Of a DNA stretch of 64,000 bases, positions 1 through 11,110 are shown piece by piece. The stretch is from Eledone cirrhosa (taxonomy: Eukaryota), in the NCBI GenBank assembly GCA_964016885.1, contig OZ024750.1, positions 52,080,001 through 52,144,000 of the forward strand, written 5' to 3'. Under the pieces are notes generated by a model. It saw only the letters and a list, made by a program, of their open reading frames with translations, ran no database searches and had not been told where the DNA came from. Made by a program: the position numbers and the translations under genes. Within the stretch, counting starts at the first letter, position 1. Each line of letters starts with the position of its first letter.

Positions 1-318
1 GAGAACATCTACGGACCATTGATGAGGAGTTTGCAAATCCAGTATCCAAGATACACCTTTAGCTTCATACCCATCATTATTGGAGCTACGGGTTATATAC
101 CAACCCGCTTGGACCAAAGTATGACTGAACTTGGATTTGCGGACAAAGAGCGCAGCTCCCTAATTCATAGTCTACAAGTGGCTGGGTTAGTTGGCACCTT
201 CAAAATTTGCAAAACAATCTTGCGATTCAAGGGATGACAATTTCTTTTCTTTTACAACCTTGCCACCAGGAAGGTGGCCGGTCAAAAACATATACTCGAA
301 ATTAAGAGAAAGAGATAA
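1..318 (+). mobile_element. 3' end of an RLE-type non-LTR retrotransposon (R4/Dong-like), cut by the window edge
   Basis: C-terminal peptide ENIYGPLMRSLQ...FIPIIIGATGYIP...KICKTILRF resembles the post-RLE tail of R4/Dong/NeSL ORFs. Stop at 237, short 3' UTR with hairpin GCCACC-AGGAA-GGTGGC (262-278), then (TACA)n. Near-identical copy at 63528-63851 (-). Confidence 0.7.
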
Positions 319-320
319 CG

Positions 321-360
321 TACATACATACATACATACATACATACATACATACATACA

Positions 361-396
<36 letters not shown>

Positions 397-444
397 TACA
401 TACATACATACATACATACATACATACATACATACATACATACA
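321..444. repeat. (TACA)n microsatellite
   Basis: Directly visible; abuts the 3' end of the RLE element. Confidence 0.97.
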
Positions 445-959
445 TTGTAGAGCTAACCAAAGTGCCACACATTGTAGAGGGGGTGAATACCCATGTGCCG
501 CCAGCTTCCATATGTAAATATCCGTCGATAAGCAAGAGCTAGATTACCGTTAACTATTTTAATCGCATGCTTTACATTTTTATATCAGAAAGCCTCTACC
601 TAAACTTTTCCAATAAAAGGGGACAAGTCAACAGGAGTTTGATTTTAGATTTTCTCCCTTTTCCAAGAGGTTTAACTATGTGACCAGACACAAAGTCTAT
701 TATAATCTCTCTCTGCCTTTATTTTCAGTGTGTGGCAACGAAACTTGCTGACAACAAAGTGGAAGATGTACGTACCTTCCAAAAAAAAGAGGTTAAAACA
801 ATAAAGGTTGTGGAAAGCAATGGTACCATGACAGGGGCAAGTATTATTTTCAGGCACTATTTTCTCTCTTTTCTAGTTGAAAGTAGGATTAGTATACCAT
901 ATATATCAGGATTACTAGATATATGTACAATCATACAAACTAGAAAATTTGCGTCTTGA

Positions 960-1410
960 TCATTTATGTATGTATACTTTGACAGAAAGAATGTAGTTAT
1001 ATCTGCTCAACTCTCTGACAACAAGAGTAGTCCTGCATTCTGGAAGTGTTCGTATGTTCCACGTCGCAACATTCATTGCAATTCTATTCTTTTGAAAACT
1101 ACTATTCTTCTTGTTTTGCTTCGATTTGTTTCTGCTGGTATGAACAGCTGTCAGCCGCATGTAGCTGACCAGCTTTATGGTGAAACAGACAATGTTTGGG
1201 TCACCTTTTCTAAACCTCTAAACCTGGGTGAGCAGTGTTCTCCTTGGAAATGGTTACTCAGTCACAAAAGACTCCACCCAAGCCAGTTCCTATTCCGAAA
1301 ACTGACAACGACGTTAGATAAACCTTACGCTGTCTGTGTGTAGATTAGCAACTGCATACCTCTAACTCGTTAGGTGTGTAGATGTCACTGCCTCCGCCAC
1401 AGGACTTTGA
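960..1410 (-). mobile_element. 5' fragment of an RTE-clade LINE (5' UTR plus start of the APE endonuclease)
   Basis: ORF 960..1160(-) contains MNVATWNIRTL...RTTLVVRELSRYN, the typical RTE APE N-terminus. UTR boundary approximate. Confidence 0.7.
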
Positions 1411-1733
1411 AGAGATATCAGCACAAGAAGATCAAAGCAACATATGCTTGTACAACACACATGCTGCTCTCTGAGTATCAACAGCCAAAATCCGATGACA
1501 AGCAGATGCAAGATAATCGGTAGCTGTAGCAACCGCAGCTATTTCAGAGTGTCCTTCTCTTTAAAAAAAAGGTAACTGCAGCAGCCATAGGTTTTCACAG
1601 ATAAATAATAAATAATAAATAGGTAAAATATGTAGATAAGATAAAATGGAATTTTAAAAATCTTTAAAAGTTTAAAAGTTTAAAAATTAAAACTTTGAAT
1701 ATATATATATATAGTTTCCATTTGTTTAATATC

Positions 1734-1805
<72 letters not shown>

Positions 1806-1845
1806 GATATTAAACAAATGGAAACTATATTTATAAAACCATATT

Positions 1846-1911
1846 TATTTCGTTATATATATTTCTGGGATATTATATTAAAAATATGGTATGCCTTCCT
1901 CAGACAAAATA
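1846..1911 (-). ncRNA. Type I hammerhead ribozyme, family A (copy in the inverted repeat)
   Basis: Reverse complement reads UAUUUUGU-CUGAGGA-stem II-GAAA-UAUAUA-UA-ACGAAAUA. Confidence 0.75.
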
Positions 1912-2144
1912 CAATATATAAGCTGTTTTATAAATAATTTTGACATACCTTAGAATAATGCAACTTCCATTTAAAAAGTTGATTTGGTAGTGAAACTGTT
2001 AAGGACAGTTATAGAGAAAGAAAGACGAAGAAAAACGAAGATAAAAAGAAGAAGATGAAGAGATGTATGTAAAGAAAAAACAACAGAGCGAGATAGAGAG
2101 AGAAGGAGATATGGGAGAGAGAAATATATTGAGGAAGTGAAAAA

Positions 2145-3674
2145 ATGGTAGGCAGCTTGGGGACATATGATCAGCGTACAAGTGAGAGGTTAAGGAGGGA
2201 AGGGATACAGTTAAAACAGCCGGCACATATAAATGAAAATGTCTCAGACCTAGACAAAGTCTTCAAATCTAAAAAAAATCCACCCCCCAACAAACTTTTA
2301 ACTGATTTTGAAAACGATATAATTTCTATCATACAAGGAGTCAAATTCAAAGGAAACTTCAATGGCCAGGATTATCTGAAAAGCATTAAGGATAATATTG
2401 TGAGCTTAGAGAGAACAGAGAAGATCTTGGTGAAATCGGACAAAACCAACAACCTCTATGGAGTGGAAAAAGACATGTATAATGGCCTCATACTGAAAGA
2501 ACTAAGGAAAAAGTACAAGGTAGCAGATAAGGCTGAACTTGAGAAAATGAATGTTGAGGCATCTTGTATAATGCATGAGTTGGAAATTGAGAACAAAACA
2601 CAACCTTTCGTGCCCAGGAAACCCAAGATCAATATGAAAGATCACAAGAGAAATTTTGAAAATGACTTGCCAGTCAGGTTGATTGCACCATCAAAATCTG
2701 ACCTGGGTAAACTTAGCAAGAGCATTCTAGACAGGGTGATACAGCAAATTAAGGACTTGAATTGTTTACCTGGCTTGACTTTGTGGAAGGGAACTGGGGA
2801 GGTCATTGAGTGGTTTAATGAAATTAAATATAACAATAATAATAAATTTATTCAACTAGATATTGCTAACTACTATTCATCCATTACCCCTAATCTACTA
2901 AATAAGGCACTAAATTACGCATTCAAACATACAGACCTAACTAGCAATGAAATGCACATTATATTATCGGCAAGGAAAACATTGATAGAATTTAATAACC
3001 AACTATGGACTAGGGCAGATAGAGATAATAATTTCGACATTACTATGGGATCATCAGACTCAGCTCAGGTAACGGACTTTCTGGGCCTATTTATAATTAA
3101 TTCGCTGCATAGGAAAATACCCGGTGTTACCGGAGGTTTATATAGAGATGACATGCTTTTACTTATTGAAAATAATAACTCTGAACTAAATAGAAAAAGA
3201 AAACAAATTATACAATTTTTTAATTACCTTAATCTAAAAATAGAAATTGAGAATAACCATAGAATAGTCAATTTCCTAGACGTAACATTAAATCTCAACA
3301 CATGTCTTCACTATCCATTTCACAAGTTAAATGAAAACTTGAATTATGTCAATTTTAGCTCCAATCACCCCAGATCTGTCAAAAATACTATAGTGAACTC
3401 TGTTCAAAAACGTATCTCTAGAATCTCTTCCAATAAAAATATTTTTGACGAAAAAGCCCAGTATTATAATGAAGCGTTAGCTAGAGCAGGATATAGTGAT
3501 AAAATTATGTACATCGATAATAGACAAACTAACCAAAATAACAACAATTTTAATTACAGTAGCAACTTTAACAACTATAATAGAAAGCATTACAATAATT
3601 CCAAAAACCAGAAAAGAAATAGAACTAAAAATATAATATGGTTTGCCCCCCCCCCCTTTCTCACTAAACATTAA
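2145..3674 (+). CDS. PLE reverse transcriptase (Naiad type); the first ~28 codons derive from the inverted repeat
   Basis: Motifs KSDKTNNLY, VRLIAPSKSDLGKLSK, FIQLDIANYYSSI, FDITMGSSDSAQ, GLYRDD, VNFLDVTLNL, SNHP. Confidence 0.9.
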   Translation: MVGSLGTYDQRTSERLRREGIQLKQPAHINENVSDLDKVFKSKKNPPPNKLLTDFENDIISIIQGVKFKGNFNGQDYLKSIKDNIVSLERTEKILVKSDKTNNLYGVEKDMYNGLILKELRKKYKVADKAELEKMNVEASCIMHELEIENKTQPFVPRKPKINMKDHKRNFENDLPVRLIAPSKSDLGKLSKSILDRVIQQIKDLNCLPGLTLWKGTGEVIEWFNEIKYNNNNKFIQLDIANYYSSITPNLLNKALNYAFKHTDLTSNEMHIILSARKTLIEFNNQLWTRADRDNNFDITMGSSDSAQVTDFLGLFIINSLHRKIPGVTGGLYRDDMLLLIENNNSELNRKRKQIIQFFNYLNLKIEIENNHRIVNFLDVTLNLNTCLHYPFHKLNENLNYVNFSSNHPRSVKNTIVNSVQKRISRISSNKNIFDEKAQYYNEALARAGYSDKIMYIDNRQTNQNNNNFNYSSNFNNYNRKHYNNSKNQKRNRTKNIIWFAPPPFLTKH

Positions 3675-4311
3675 AACCCCCATCGCTAAACTATTTTTTA
3701 ATGCTCTTGACAAACGCTTCCCTAGAACACATAAGTATCACTCAATTTTCAATAGACATACTATAAAATTAACATACTCGTCCACCAAAAATTTAGCACA
3801 AAATATTAATAGAATAAATAATAGGAATCTAAAACCTAGCCAAAATACCGAAAATAGCCTAAACAATATTCAAGTAAACAACTGTAACTGTAGAGATAGA
3901 TCTAAATGTCCGCTAAATAACAATTGCTTAGTTAAAAATATAATATACAACTGTAATGTTAAAACTGACTTAAATTCTTTTAATTATGTTGGTTCCACCT
4001 CGACAAAATTTAAACTTCGCTATAATAATCACAAGAATTCTTTCACGGATCCAAATAAAAAATCTTCAACATCACTATCAGGCTTACTCTGGCAACTTAA
4101 ACATGATAAAGTTGGATATTCGATGGTTTGGAATATAGTTTCAAAAGGGATTCCTTTTAATTCCTCCTCTGAGACATGTGACCTCTGCGCGGAGGAGATA
4201 TTCTTTATACTAAAATCTAAAAATTCCCTTAATTTACGGACCAATTTATTCAGCTGCTGCAGACATAGATTGAACTCAACTTTTAAATATAAATATAAAT
4301 TTAAAATGTAG
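3643..4311 (+). CDS. PLE linker plus GIY-YIG endonuclease; continues the RT ORF after a frameshift in a C11 run (3646-3656)
   Basis: PPFSLNIKT, CNCRDRSKCPLNNNC, IIY...YVG, FKLRYNNHKNSF, CDLCAEE, LN, CCRH. Confidence 0.9.
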   Translation: MPPPPFSLNIKTPIAKLFFNALDKRFPRTHKYHSIFNRHTIKLTYSSTKNLAQNINRINNRNLKPSQNTENSLNNIQVNNCNCRDRSKCPLNNNCLVKNIIYNCNVKTDLNSFNYVGSTSTKFKLRYNNHKNSFTDPNKKSSTSLSGLLWQLKHDKVGYSMVWNIVSKGIPFNSSSETCDLCAEEIFFILKSKNSLNLRTNLFSCCRHRLNSTFKYKYKFKM

Positions 4312-5571
4312 TATAAAATGTAGTATATTTACTTAAGATATTTAACTATTTATGAAACTTGGCGATAAATCTTTCGATTCCTTCAATTTTTAAAACCTTT
4401 CTGCATGAATATATAATTAATGAGATTAATTAAACTACCCTAAAATTGGCGATATTCCCAATCTTTTGAATAAATTTTTAAGCTAGATAAACTTCTATAA
4501 TAAATATAAGAGCATTGGTAGAATAAGTTTTTGAATGATTTCTGCTAAATAAGTTTTGTTGAACAATTTTGGTTTTTGTTTGCTTTTGATTCTGATTGCT
4601 TCTAATGAACTTGACAACATATTGTCAAATAAATTGGAAGGGTGGTTTTATGTGATTGATATGCGTGGCATACTATGTTCTCTTACGTCCCTAGATACTC
4701 TGTGGAGTGACGAAGATATTCTTGGCGTTTTTAATTTTTAATATATTGATATCTGTTGTCTATTCTATGCTTGAACGATAATCATGTAAGTGAGGGCAGG
4801 AATATTACTATTAATATTAATGTATATTGTATGTCTATATATATATATGTATGTACATATATGTATGGTGGAATCTTTTGTAACGCAATGAAGATTTTCA
4901 TGAAAAATAAGAATTTGCGGAGCATATCACGTAAGTTCACATGTGTGTCTATAATTGTCAACTTGAATTTGAGATAACCTTCTCTTTTCTCTTTTTTCTT
5001 TTTTCATGAGAATGCATATATACTTATGTATTTTTGAAGTTTTGTCTCAGATTTTGCTTATAGACCTAAGAATTTTTAAACTAAGCATGGGGTCATTTTT
5101 TTCACACATTATGGATATGTGTCTCATTCATGAATATTGATATTTACATTATAATACCTAATTCATAAAAATTGATAATTCAAATGGATGAGACATAATA
5201 CATTTTAAATATATCATCTTTCTTTCTTTTTCTCCTCTACACTGGACGGGATTTATGTGCCGGCTGTTTTAACTGTATCCCTTCCCTCCTTAACCTCTCA
5301 CTTGTACGCTGATCATATGTCCCCAAGCTGCCTACCATTTTTTCACTTCCTCAATATATTTCTCTCTCCCATATCTCCTTCTCTCTCTATCTCGCTCTGT
5401 TGTTTTTTCTTTACATACATCTCTTCATCTTCTTCTTTTTATCTTCGTTTTTCTTCGTCTTTCTTTCTCTATAACTGTCCTTAACAGTTTCACTACCAAA
5501 TCAATTTTTTAAATGGAAGTTGCATTATTCTAAGGTATGTCAAAATTATTTATAAAACAGCTTATATATTG

Positions 5572-5637
5572 TATTTTGTCTGAGGAAGGCATACCATATT
5601 TTTAATATGATATCCCAGAAATATATATAACGAAATA
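5572..5637 (+). ncRNA. Type I hammerhead ribozyme, family A (PLE 3' region)
   Basis: Stem I UAUUUUGU/ACGAAAUA, core CUGAGGA (5580-5586), stem II with CAUAUU/AAUAUG, GAAA (5618-5621), palindromic stem III UAUAUA, UA cleavage site. Confidence 0.8.
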
Positions 5638-5765
5638 AATATGGTTTTATAAATATAGTTTCCATTTGTTTAATATCGTAAACCTACTCCAAAAACTGTT
5701 GAGTGCTTTTATATCAGTTATAAAATATTTACTCGTTGTAACCCAACAATTTTAAATAAAACTTT

Positions 5766-5805
<40 letters not shown>

Positions 5806-5809
<4 letters not shown>

Positions 5810-6700
5810 AGTCGTTTGGCAGCCTCGACAATGCAAATGGGTAAATCTCCGGGTAACAGGGTCCGGTGTAGGAGAGAGAGAGATATGTAAGTGGGTGTAC
5901 GTTGAGATGCGTGGTGTGTATAAGGTGTGTGAGATGTGTAGAATGAAGGGAAGAGTGAAAGGGTAAAAATAATAATAACAACACAAGAGATAGAGAGTTA
6001 CCTTGGGAGAGATTTAATAGTCCCTATATATTTCGGATTCACATCCATCAACTGGGGGTTTTTTTCCGGGGTGGGGGAAAAGGTTGTCTGTCGGACAATT
6101 CGGAACGCGTCTTTCGCTGTTTAAGATTTGAATATCTGAGGTATTCGGTCGGGCGCGCGTGCGCGCGAAATGGGGCCGGCCGCACAGAAGTCAATGGCCG
6201 AATGAGGGAGTGGGAAGGCGCTAGCTGTCAGTCCATTCTCTGCCTGCTTGTTAAATGTTATTGTGTGTGTGTGTGCGTGTAAAGTTGTCTCGCTTGAGTG
6301 TGTGTGTGTGTGCGTGTGTAGTTGTCTTGTTCATCTGTATTGGCAGTGTGGTATGTTCGTATGGTGGAATGCTATTGTGTGTGTGTGTAGTTGTCTCATT
6401 TGCGTGTGTGTGTGTGTGCGTGTGTTGTGTGTTGTTGCATCGCTTGTTAACTTAAACCAGCCATTTCATTTCGCTTCTCTCAAGACGGTTGTTTAATTGC
6501 GGTTGTAGTTGTTTGATAAGAAGCCCTTCCTTAATACGTAACGTGCCGACGTTTCTTTCAGTCGCTAAAACTGTGACAATGGGCCTTCCGTCTTTGTTTC
6601 CGCATTTGTCTATGTGTTTCCGGAAAGACGAGGCCCTGGTTTTAATGTGTTCCTTGATCCTGATGTGCATATAAATAAGACACGCGTGCATGCCACACGT
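5806..6700 (-). mobile_element. 3' fragment of a different PLE (Penelope/Poseidon-like GIY-YIG C-terminus plus 3' UTR with a degenerate HHR at ~6021-6058)
   Basis: ORF 6452..6691(-): RIKEH...HIDKC...VLATE...LRIKEGLLIKQLQPQLN. Minus-strand UTR reads GAUGGAU-gugaAUCC-GAAA-UAUAUA-GGGACU. Ends at (TA)n. Confidence 0.75.
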
Positions 6701-6955
6701 GAGACTGTTTCATACACTGACTACTCTAAACTTTCCTCTTGCTTTATCTTCATAAACTGCCAATGTTTTATTTTTATTTTTATTTTAATTTTAACTTTAA
6801 TTTCGTCCTTTAATATGACTGTAACCTTTGTATGTAAATTGCCATGTCATATTATTATGATGGATGTCTACCCACTGTGGGTCAATATATACATATGTTT
6901 TTATATGTCTCTTGTGTTGAAAAGGAGGTCAAGTATGTAAAGAATCACTAAATAG

Positions 6956-7004
6956 TTGCTCCGAAGAATCCAAACCTCGGTTTGGAGGAAACAATTGTAA
7001 GCAA
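6956..7004 (+). ncRNA. Type I hammerhead ribozyme (core variant CCGAAGA)
   Basis: Stem I UUGCU/AGCAA, stem II UCCAAACC/GGUUUGGA, GAAA-CAAUUG-UA. Confidence 0.75.
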
Positions 7005-7371
7005 ATAAATTATTTAAACTGAACTTTGATTCATGTAATTTCTATATACACATATATATATATATTTATATATATATATACATACACACATATATATATA
7101 TGAGTGTAGATATTTGTAGATTTTTCCAAATTGAAGGATAAGTATTTACCCTTAATTTTATTCTGAGTTAAGACTCTATTGGTTTTTTCCCTGCATTACA
7201 CAAAATGTGTGGATAAAATTTCTGTGTTGACTTTTTTTGAATTGAGATTGAATTATTTTTCCCATATCTTACGTTATATATTTTCCATCTTGACGTAATA
7301 GTCACTTATATGTATGAATTACTGTTGGCTTCTTGCTCACATTAATTTCTCTATTTTCATTTATATATATG

Positions 7372-7485
<114 letters not shown>

Positions 7486-7976
7486 ATAATTCTGTAATTT
7501 CGGAGCACCAAATTCTGGACACAAGACATTTCTCTCATCCTGAGTCTATTGTTGAGGACACTTGCCCAAGTTGCCTGTACCATGCTGTGGGATTAAACAC
7601 ACACAGAAGCCCGTTTGTAACGTACTGAACTTTTAACCACACATCCATAACTCCCTTCTTCAAAAATCGTTTCTTATGATCGATTATAATGGTCAACTAT
7701 TTTGTACTGAAATCAACTATTATATTAATCATCTACGTTGGGACAACTACATTTATATTTTATATTGATATCTTTCTTAAAGTGCCTTATTATCATTTCT
7801 ACCTATTTCAGACGACAAGTTGTGATGGCAAATCATTTAGCGTAACATTCAGAAAATGCTAAAAATATATTTAAAATATATTAACCTTGGGTCAAAGGAA
7901 CCAACAAGACATATCTAGCAGAACTAACTCTAGACCTAACTCGTCCTTTGGACGGATATAACCTCCCGTTTTTTTA

Positions 7977-8046
<70 letters not shown>

Positions 8047-8427
8047 ATATACATGTGTGTGTGTGTGTACATACACTGTCACAGCTATTTAAGCGATCAC
8101 CAAACGCCGTATAATGTTCTCTGTTATTCTGATCTATTCCTTCAGTAACATCTAAAATGTAAGACTACTTCGAAATAAAGATAATTCTCCGGATTATTTC
8201 TTGTGTTTTCTCATAAACTTTATTGTTGTTGTAAAACCTAGGGTCATGTGACATTGATAAACTGGTTGGTTTTCTGCTTGAAAACATTTCTGCAACGAAT
8301 ACCGCAAAGCCAATCTATTTGACTTTCTAACGACTCTGTCACTTTTCCTTTGTACTTTGTATTCATATTCGTTTTTTTCAGCAAAATTGAACGAAGCTAT
8401 GTTTGTTTGTGGATTATATATATCTCT

Positions 8428-9729
8428 AGGGCGGGTAAAATTCCCGTGATCCATGGACGAGATATCTCCAGCGGTCGCTGTCCCTCATTATCGCTGCCAT
8501 GTCCTGCGTCTCCAACAGACCAGTGTCTGTCCTTAGGGCTTCAACATATGTTAACCTTGGACTTCATCTTCCAGTGTTTCCATGTAGGGGCTCCTATGGG
8601 AGCACTGAGTACAATGTCAACTCTGGATGTCGGTGAGCATGTCCAGCTAACCTCAGTCTCCTCTGTGTCCCTTTTGAGGTGACATTTGGGAGGCTCCCAT
8701 ACATCTCTGAGTTTTTCATCCTCAGTGTATACTGATTAATGTTCAGAGCCATCCTCAGTATTCTCGTGTAGCATCCATCCACCATCTGAGTTAGTTTCTT
8801 GGTCAGTGTCCAAGTCTCAGACCCGTACAGCAGCACAGACTCCGCTACAGCAATGAAGTGGCGGATTTTCAGGTCTTTACGAAAGTCCGACTTCCACACC
8901 GATCTCAAGCTGTGGCACGCCGCCCAGGCTTTGCTCTTCCTCTCAACCACATCATCTTCCGTATTCCCAATCTTTGCTCCCAAATACACGAAGTCCTCAA
9001 CCAATTCTAGCGGCTTCCCGCCTACATTAGTGATCCCCTCTGGCTTCTCAACATTCTCTACCAGAAATTTTGTTTTAGTCTCATTCATTCTCAGCCCCAT
9101 ACTCATCGACAGTCTCAACCCCCTGCATCAAATCCCCTGCATCCTTCACTGTATTTGTCACCAAAACTATGTCGTCGGCAAATTCAGCATCCGATACCTT
9201 TTTCGCCTTAACTCTCCTGCTCTGAGCCGGTGCTACAGTAAAGCCAGAGTCCTGGTGTTTCTCCAGTGCAAGGCGCATACAATAGTCCACTACGAGGATA
9301 AAAAGGTAGGGAGCCAATGTATCTCCCTGGAGCACTCCAGCCAGTATCTCAAAGAACTCTGTCATCCCATCAGGTGTAATGACTTGGGCTTGGGTATTGG
9401 TGTAGAGCAGTGATATCAGGTCCACTATCTTCTTGGGGTTTCCATAACCCTGTAAGATCTTCATCGGGCAGTGTCGGTCCACAGAATCGAATGCCTTCCT
9501 AAGTGCCAAAGAAGGGAGATCTCTAACATCAACAACTACAGGGAGATCTCACTGACGCCACTTGTGGCAAAGACCCTCAACAGGATGATTCTTAACAGGA
9601 TCCAGTCTGAGATGGAGAAGAAACTCAGGAACAACCAGAACGGCTTCAGAGAGGGAAGATCAACCACCAGTCACATCCTGATGCTGAGGAGGATATTAGA
9701 GGGAGCTAGAGCAAAGTGTCTTCCTGCGT
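8428..9729 (-). mobile_element. 5'-truncated RTE-clade LINE with a 5' inversion (9503-9729 lies on +)
   Basis: Minus strand: KAFDSV, GVLQGDTLAPYLF, EFADD, FVYLG, ESVLLYGSETW, RRLRLAGH. Plus strand: VPKKG, NYREISL, NQNGFREGRST. 3' end in (TA)n. Confidence 0.9.
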
Positions 9730-9741
9730 CAATATTTTCAT

Positions 9742-9772
<31 letters not shown>

Positions 9773-9875
9773 GTATATAAAACAATAGCGTAAGGTCTTC
9801 AAAATGCTTTTAATTAAGCATACAGTGTATTACGAAATACACTATATATACATTCATATATATATATATATATAT

Positions 9876-10216
9876 AATCCACAAACAAAGCGTGTCCTCT
9901 GACGCTGAAATTCGTTTGTTCTAGCACATGTGATTCCAGTTCCTCGTAGGACTAAGAACACACCTTGGGGCTGGAAATATCGATGAATTGACAGAGTGGA
10001 ACACATTTCAACACCATGTTTACCTGTTCTTTCTACATTAATTCGTACAGCCGGAAGAGGTCACAGCCAATAATAGCTGTCACTAAATATATATACCAGA
10101 GAATTTATAATAAACGAAGCCAAATTTAACATGTTTGACTTACTTATTTTACATTACTCCGGAGTAACAAACCTACTTGCATACTGAGGTGTCGGTAAAA
10201 AACCAACACATACTCA

Positions 10217-10225
<9 letters not shown>
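9876..10225 (+). mobile_element. PLE 3'-end fragment (family B) with a degenerate HHR at 10047-10100
   Basis: Homologous to 25256-25560; core mutated (CGGAAGA...UAAA); lies between (TA)n tracts. Confidence 0.65.
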
Positions 10226-10257
<32 letters not shown>

Positions 10258-10314
10258 ATAATAATAAATTTGAAGACTAAAATCCAATGAGTGCTCGATA
10301 AGGATAAATATATG

Positions 10315-10695
10315 TGTAACCCTGTAGCTAGTACTAACTGTAATTGTAGGAATCGGGTTGACTGCCCTCTATCCGGGAAATGCCTCTCTAGTAACATTGT
10401 CTACAAATGTAAGGTTGAAACACCCACGTCCCGTAGGGCCTACATAGGGTTAACCGCCAATAGATTCAAGCAGCGTCTTTACATGCATACCCATTCTTTT
10501 CTTAACCCTTTAAGAAGGAATATGACGTCACTTTCAGCTTATATCTGGAGTCTAAAAGACAATATAAGTTACACTGGGAGATCCTAGCTAAGGCTAGATC
10601 GTATAACGGAAATAAAAGACCATGCGCCACTGAGGCCCTGGAAATACTCTACGCCAAAGACCACATCTTAAACAAAAAATCTGAGGCAATTTCGT
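10315..10695 (+). pseudogene. Naiad-type GIY-YIG endonuclease fragment
   Basis: CNCRNRVDCPLSGKCLSSNIVYKC...AYIGLTANRFKQRLYMH...SF...TSLSAYIWSLK; frameshifted downstream. Confidence 0.85.
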
Positions 10696-11044
10696 AGAGC
10701 AAATATTTATTAAAATAACAGATTAAATTTTAAGCAAAGAATCGCTGCTTTCACCCTTAACGGGATCTTCTGAAACTAACAAAGTCAATCTGTGAACGAA
10801 GAAGTGAATATTTCAAAAATCGTTGCAACCGGAGGAAGACAGGAAGACGATACTTTGGTTCGTGGAAACGTTCCCTGGCAAAGAACTGGAAAAAAACGAA
10901 TATAATACGTCATTATTTGGAGCGGTGAAAAACAATTACACGCAAAGACAAAACCACGTTTAAGGTATAAAAGAAGTCGTAGACTAATGTTCCCTTAGGT
11001 GGTTCATAGAGACTTCTCTGGCAATGAACAGATTGACTTTGTAT

Positions 11045-11093
11045 GTTTCAGAAGATCCCGTTAAGGGTGAAAGCAGCGATTCTTTGCTTAAAC
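11045..11093 (+). ncRNA. Type I hammerhead-like motif, family C (core CAGAAGA); mirror copy at 10728-10776 (-)
   Basis: Stem I GUUU/AAAC, CAGAAGA, stem II CCC/GGG, GAAA, stem III AGCA/UGCU, U at the cleavage position. Confidence 0.6.
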
Positions 11094-11110
11094 TTTAATC
11101 TGTTATTTTA

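Larger units (their letters stand above)
1803..5768 (+). mobile_element. Penelope-like element (Naiad type), 5'-truncated, with an inverted copy of its 3' region at the 5' end, flanked by (TA)n
   Basis: RT and GIY-YIG ORFs; 1803-2229 is the reverse complement of 5254-5679; HHR in both repeats; (TA)n on both sides. Confidence 0.92.

Noticed and set aside
1170-1410. HDV-like ribozyme in the RTE 5' UTR
   Set aside because: Plausible for RTEs, but I could not assemble the nested double pseudoknot by eye; needs a descriptor search.
1803-5679. DNA transposon with ~430-bp terminal inverted repeats
   Set aside because: The interior encodes RT and GIY-YIG, not a transposase; the repeat is an inverted 3' UTR lacking the tail.
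2145-5768. Selenoprotein recoding (UGA plus SECIS), described for some Naiad elements
   Set aside because: The conserved Cys positions in this copy are ordinary Cys codons, there is no in-frame TGA, and I saw no convincing SECIS.
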